In this document: one piece after another, positions 58,745 to 64,000 of the stretch
Layout of the letters: each line of letters starts with the position of its first letter
Position numbering within the stretch: position 1 is the stretch's first letter
Source of the DNA: Blepharisma stoltei ATCC 30299
Lineage: Eukaryota > Protista > Ciliophora
Reading direction: 5' to 3'
NCBI GenBank assembly: GCA_965603825.1
Contig: CBFDEM010000035.1
Location: forward strand, 682,001 to 746,000
DNA: 64,000 nucleotides
Position numbers and translations under genes: made by a program
Notes under the pieces: generated by a model
What the model was told of the DNA's origin: nothing
Database searches by the model: none
The model's input: the letters and a program-made list of their open reading frames with translations, nothing else

Positions 58745-60760
58745 GAACATCATCATCTTAACCCTATCCGTAATAAGGTTATTCTGCTCCATTACAAAAT
58801 AAAGCAAGATATGAATAATTCAAATAAATATTTAGAAGACGTATTTTAATTAATTAGAGAGCTTCAAAGCACAATATAAAAATATGATAAGCTATTCCAA
58901 GAAAATATGCCTGTGCTATATCTTAAAAATTTAATCGGATAAGACTAAGAACATAAAATATAATTGAGCTGTTAGGATTATAATTTTATCTGGGGAAAGA
59001 AACTTTAACTAAGATAAGAAATAATAGTTTATTATGATTCTATAATTATGTCCAGTGGAAGATGCTTCAAAGATGGTTGCACAAACCAGCTTTATGGGAA
59101 ATGCGAATGCGAAGGAATTACCTTATTTTGCAAAGAGCACAGCTTTGAGCACTTAGAAAAACCAACTTCTAAAGGCCATCGATACCTAAAGCTATACTTT
59201 AAGCCAGCAGAAGAAATTAAGCAGCCAATTATTGAAAAACTAATAGCACTCAAAGAAGATATCAAAAACTACAAAATTGAACTACTTATTAACGCAAATA
59301 CAATCATTAAGAATTTTAATACTACGCTTGGAATATATATTGATCAGATTAATAAAGCAGAAGCAAGAATCAATAAAGTGCTTACAATTTTATATAGTGG
59401 AGATGAGGTTCTTGATATTGCTAAAGATGATGATATGGAAAGCGTGCTTAAATTAAATGCTTCAGATGCCCGGTGTAAGATGAATGGATGAGATATAAAA
59501 GAGTGTTACCTAGACTATAAAGATATTAATGCAGCAATTAGCAAAACTTATGAAAAACCTTTTAATCCTTTTATGTATGATATAGAAAATATGATCATAT
59601 CAAGCGAACTCTCATTTTTTAGGCATAAAACTTCAAATTTTGCAACTATAAATTTAGATACCTTCCAGATTTCTTCTACTGCAACTCTTCCAACTCAAGA
59701 ACCAATTCATGGACACACTACAAGCTGTATACTTCCTGATTATACTTATTTCTATTGTTGCAATAACACTAGTTCAGGCTTAGTGTTTACTATTGACAAA
59801 AATAAAAATGTTAAATATCTCCAAAATTCAAAAGTAAATCATTATGCTCATCCTATCTTTTATAATAACTTCATCTATTTAATTGGAGGAAATAATAAAT
59901 TGGCTGAAAGGTATGATTTTAAACGAAACGTGTGGGAAAGCATGGCTCCACTACCTCAAGGTTTGGATTTTACAATTGGTTGCAATGCTTTATATAGAGA
60001 TTTGATTCTTATAACGAGCTATGATATTCAAAAAATTATAATTTATAGCATAACTCAAAACAACTACCAAGAAGTCCCCAATTTGGTGTTAAATGCGAGT
60101 TATAAATTTATGCTGAGAGGGAATAAAAGAGTTTATTTATTTGAGAAAGGGGGAAGGACTTTTGAAAGTGCTGAAAACAATGTTTTTAGTTGGACTCAAA
60201 TAGGGACTAATAGCATTTATAGAGATTATAATCAATCAAGTGCTGTTCGCTATAAGGGTTGCCTTTACTTCATTGTTTATCCAAATCGGCTGTGGAAATT
60301 CGATCTTAGTTCTAAGCAAGCATTTCAAGTAGCAACAGTCTAAAATAAAAATTTAGAACTTTAATAACTCTCTATACTCTTAAACAAAATGGTAGCGCAG
60401 TTAATCTATTCTCACTATAGGTTTAGAATTTAGCTTACTTACTCCTAAAAAGCATAATATAAATAAAATTTTGGTATCATTTATAAATTTGCTTAGGCAT
60501 GTCCTGAATTAGAAGACTAATGTTGCGCAGGGAAAGTGTCCATGAAGTCTATCAGCTCTTATATCAGCTAGGTTTTAACACCAGAAAATTTATGTCAAGT
60601 TTAGGGTATGACAAAGTTACCACTTTTCTCATTACATAACGCCAAGCCTGAAGATGGCAGCAGGTAGCTGGTGGAGAAGAGCGGAGAAAATTACCTTCGG
60701 GGAATCACAGGAGCTTTTCAAATAATCTTAATTAATTTTAATAGACCCTCTTCGCTACTA
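58745..60760 (+). repeat. ~2 kb inverted duplicate of ~50815-52870 (Kelch gene with both flanks); shorter direct copy at ~44490-46175
   Basis: Flanks match, e.g. ctgctccattacaaaataaag upstream and cctgaagatggcagcaggtagctggtgg...ttaatagaccctcttcgctacta downstream. Confidence 0.85.
59048..60343 (+). CDS. Zn-finger / coiled-coil / Kelch-like protein, copy 3
   Basis: ORFs 59048-59491 and 59573-60343 are in frame across TGA 59489-59491. Confidence 0.85.
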
Positions 60761-61504
60761 CACTTAAAAACATAAACAAATAATCTTGCCTAACCTCGAA
60801 GTAGTCCAAATATTCAAGCTATCCCACTCGATTATGATAACGAATTCAGACAATTCTGCAGCATGGTCATCTTCAAAAGGGTGTGAGATAGTAAGAAAAT
60901 ACATAATTAATAAATAGCAAGTACAAGCCTTTTTCTGATACATCTATAAATAATGTGAGGGAAAAGCACAATCATCAAAAATAGTTGATTGATTATCTCT
61001 ATTTATTTAAATAAATATCCAATTTAAAATTATTGACTAAAACAAATTGTTGTTGTTGTTAGCTAAACGAATAATCATTTCTCCCTTTATGCAATTCTAA
61101 TATTTTTATTTAATTTACTCTAAAATAAAAATAGCTAATTCTTCATTTCAGCTTCTCTTTTAATTTATAAAAATTATGATTTGAGTTAAAAAAACTCAAA
61201 AATCCACTTTTTATATGAAAATATTTATATAATAAGAAGCCCTGATGGAAGTGCGTTTTTGTAGTCGTTGAGGTCTTTATTAAATTATTTAGTATTGTTG
61301 ACATAAAGCCATTAATATTTCAGCAGTGTATAATTTTATTTAGATTGATAACTCAAAGAAAATGACGCTTGCCTGCTTCACAATATATAAAAATAAGAAA
61401 ATGAGCATTATTCGAGAAGTTTATAAATTTTGACTAAAAAATAAGGAATTAAGGCATCAAAATTAAATTTATATCCTCAATAAAAAGCCAATTTACCATA
61501 TAAT

Positions 61505-62400
61505 TTATAAAAATCACCCAAAAACCAATAAATAATTAAGAATTATTATCAATAAAACCCCCCTGTTGCAGACTTCTAAAATATTCCTCCCAAAGCTTAC
61601 AGCACCGTTATTCTCATCAGGCAATCTCCCATACTCATAAACATTAATCATATAGTGCACAAAATCCCTCAGCCTATCCACTTTAATCGCCACCGCAATT
61701 TCGTCGTCAAGACTCACCATCAGGTCAGCGATGCCACTTTGGAAATCCCAATTAGCTATACTTGTGACCATCATAATCCTCCTTATGTCATTTTTCGAAA
61801 ATTTTGTATTAATCCATTTCGGATTTGCAAGCAGGGTAGAAGGGGAATTTAAAGGCTTGCTCGTGTAAATTATTTTGAAGTCTCCTCCTTCTAAGGCTTC
61901 TATAATAGATAAAGCAGGCCTATGATGAGGCTTTATGAAATCATACTTTGCCTGGGCAAAAGATACGAAATAATTTGTATTTAAAAATCTAATGTAGAGG
62001 CTTGAGCCAAAGGTGCGACTAGATCCTTTGTCAGAGCCGAATTGTCTTTTACAAGGGAGGTGCTCCTCAGTGCAGTCTATTACTTGCGTGTCCTCATACT
62101 TATATAAAAAATATAAATGCACGTTTTCAATTATGAATGGGCTTCAGTTCTTTTCGACGCACCAGGTCTTTCCAATGTGTTCTTGTAGTTCTAGCTTTCT
62201 ATGGGCTGCTGTTGAAAACCTATAAAGGTTTATCTGCCGGCTGAAATTTGGCTGGCCTTCCATTAAGGTGGTAAATAAAAAAAACTTCGTCTGACAAAGC
62301 TCGAAAAAGGCGAGGATCCTCAGGGACAGAGAGCAGAAAATGATAGATCTTGAATATGGTTTGAGATTAAATATCGCAGAGAATTATTATAATTTTGATA
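61505..62400 (-). pseudogene. GH130/GT91 (beta-mannosyltransferase)-like beta-propeller gene with frameshifted 5' part
   Basis: PEDPRLFR and VEKN[TGA]SPF motifs and a C-terminal hydrophobic tail ending at TAA 61505-61507. One frameshift in a T8 run (~62277-62284) and another upstream of PEDPR. Confidence 0.55.
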
Positions 62401-63593
62401 CCGCTCAACAATCCCATTAGTGTTAAATGAGTTTGACCCCGCTGTGGGACTGTATCATGACGATCTTGATGATCAACTTATTATTCTTGAAAAATTAAAG
62501 CATCTGAAAATTCACATGAAGAATTAATCAATAATTTATTTGAAGAATCAAAATTTGAACAAAAATGATTGCTTTTAAGAGGTATGAGATGAATAAATTA
62601 AAAAGTGATACCATCAATAGCCAAGTGAAAAATATTAAAGAAGTGCAAGATGTGTTGTATAAGAAAATCAAAGATCACTGTGATTCAATAGCAGGATAAA
62701 ATAAAAGCTTAATAAAACGAAAGAAAAATAAAAATCATTCAATACTTAAGCATAAATTCTCTTATAAATGCAGCAGAAAATATCTTCAAGGGTTATCATT
62801 CTTTAAAACAATAACAATCCCAAACCAAAACAAATTTAAATAGCCGCCTTAAGATCTTTAAATTATGCTATAATTTAATATTAAGAATCACGTAAGTGGC
62901 TAGATTACGCATTTTTATTTAAAACATTTATAAAAAGTGAGCAAATTTTGCTAAATTTTTTAATTTTAACTAAATTTATTAATAGCTTGTTCTTATGTAT
63001 TATATAATAAACGAGAATTTGAATAAATGCGCTTTGGCAGGTAACCAGCATATATAAATAAGATGAATTAGGATTCAGATAACCAAAATTGTCCAGTTAA
63101 TAAACCTATAAAATAATCAAGCTGATAAGAAATAAAATATATATTGGAAATTTTGCTTTCATAAAATAAACTTTAAGTTACCATTAAGTATTGGTATTAA
63201 TTTTAGAAATTTTATATAACAATATGCAATTCTTGAGGCTAGAAAATCGTCTTGCATTTTGAATTAGGTTTGCGTAAGCTGGAATTTTAAGCATATAACG
63301 TTGAAGGGCTCTGACCCAGCTATAGCTGTCTGCAAAAATATTATTTTCAACTCACCAACTCAACTTATTTTTACTGAAAAGCTTCAGCAGCACAATGACA
63401 GCTTGGATTTTCGTCCTTTTTCATTCGATTTTTATCAATTTTGGCCTAATATGAGTACTCCTTATCGCATTAATATCTCAGAGGTGACTATATTATTTCT
63501 TTATCAGGGTCAACTATTGCAACTTCAAGTAAATTTTTGTAGCATAAATTAAAAAATTAATAAATTTTTCATACAAAAATTAAGGAAGATTAG

Positions 63594-64000
63594 TTAAGAC
63601 TTAATGGCTTCATTGCTTGGGCAAGCTTGTATGAGAAAGTATCTAACAATCATGTAAATGGTTTCCATAATAAAGATCTCAATCAAAATTTCCCACAAGA
63701 AGCTGACAGCCCAATACCCACTCCACTCGTGGCAGAAGTCATAGCTCAGCATAGCAACCCCTACAATGGACCCAATCAGTACCGCCAGACCCACAATAAC
63801 TCCAATGCTGGCCAGATTGGCGCTTTCTTTCTATTAATGCTAAATGTAACTATCATAATACTTCAACAGGAATCGTGATCGCCAAAGCCAAAATCATATA
63901 CCCAAAGTATTTTCCTTCATAATTATCAAACAGCGTCTGAGTTGCAGTTTCGCTTCCTGAGTTAATGTCTTCTGAACCATAATACAATAAGCCTTCTAAT
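63594..64000 (-). pseudogene. 3' end of a polytopic membrane protein gene, frameshifted; continues beyond the window
   Basis: Hydrophobic segments YFGYMILALAITIPVE, IGVIVGLAVLIGSIVGVAML and WAVSFLWEILIEIFIME lie in different frames. Confidence 0.5.

Noticed and set aside
1-64000. Prokaryotic features (operons, CRISPR, IS elements) and autonomous transposons
   Set aside because: The genes are eukaryotic with spliceosomal introns. No repeat-spacer array, transposase, reverse transcriptase or integrase motifs were seen.

Overview
Eukaryotic, AT-rich, gene-dense ciliate DNA, most consistent with a Blepharisma-type heterotrich macronuclear chromosome. This is an inference from two things seen in the sequence: in-frame TGA repeatedly sits at invariant Trp positions while intact genes end only in TAA/TAG, and all detectable introns are 15-16 nt GT..AG. 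The supplied standard-code ORF track therefore fragments most genes. From about 1 to 42.4 kb there are ~29 tightly packed genes and one tRNA-Ile(AAT): tandem Cys-rich surface proteins, DP transcription factor, a PPIL6-cyclophilin/pyruvate kinase fusion, two cAR/GCR1-like GPCRs, Alba, UBX, RRF, PheRS-alpha, FKBP12, a WD40-ankyrin-TRP-like channel, ANK-SAM-SAM, Der/EngA, two GH38 mannosidases, calcineurin A, aquaporin, HMG proteins, BTF3, eIF4E and Rab7. From 42.5 to 64 kb the window is a duplication and pseudogene zone: three intact Zn-finger/coiled-coil/Kelch paralogs with clustered amino-acid variation, plus decayed TPR, MORN, Vps10 and other genes. Top finding: an HMG-box gene (37514-38245, minus) whose only TGA lies in a SelW/Rdx-type C-G-S-U-G-Y-K motif and which carries a SECIS-like hairpin 5 nt after its TAA. 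It is a candidate HMG-box selenoprotein in a genome where UGA otherwise means Trp. Second finding: a radial-spoke-type cyclophilin (PPIL6-like) fused to an intact pyruvate kinase.
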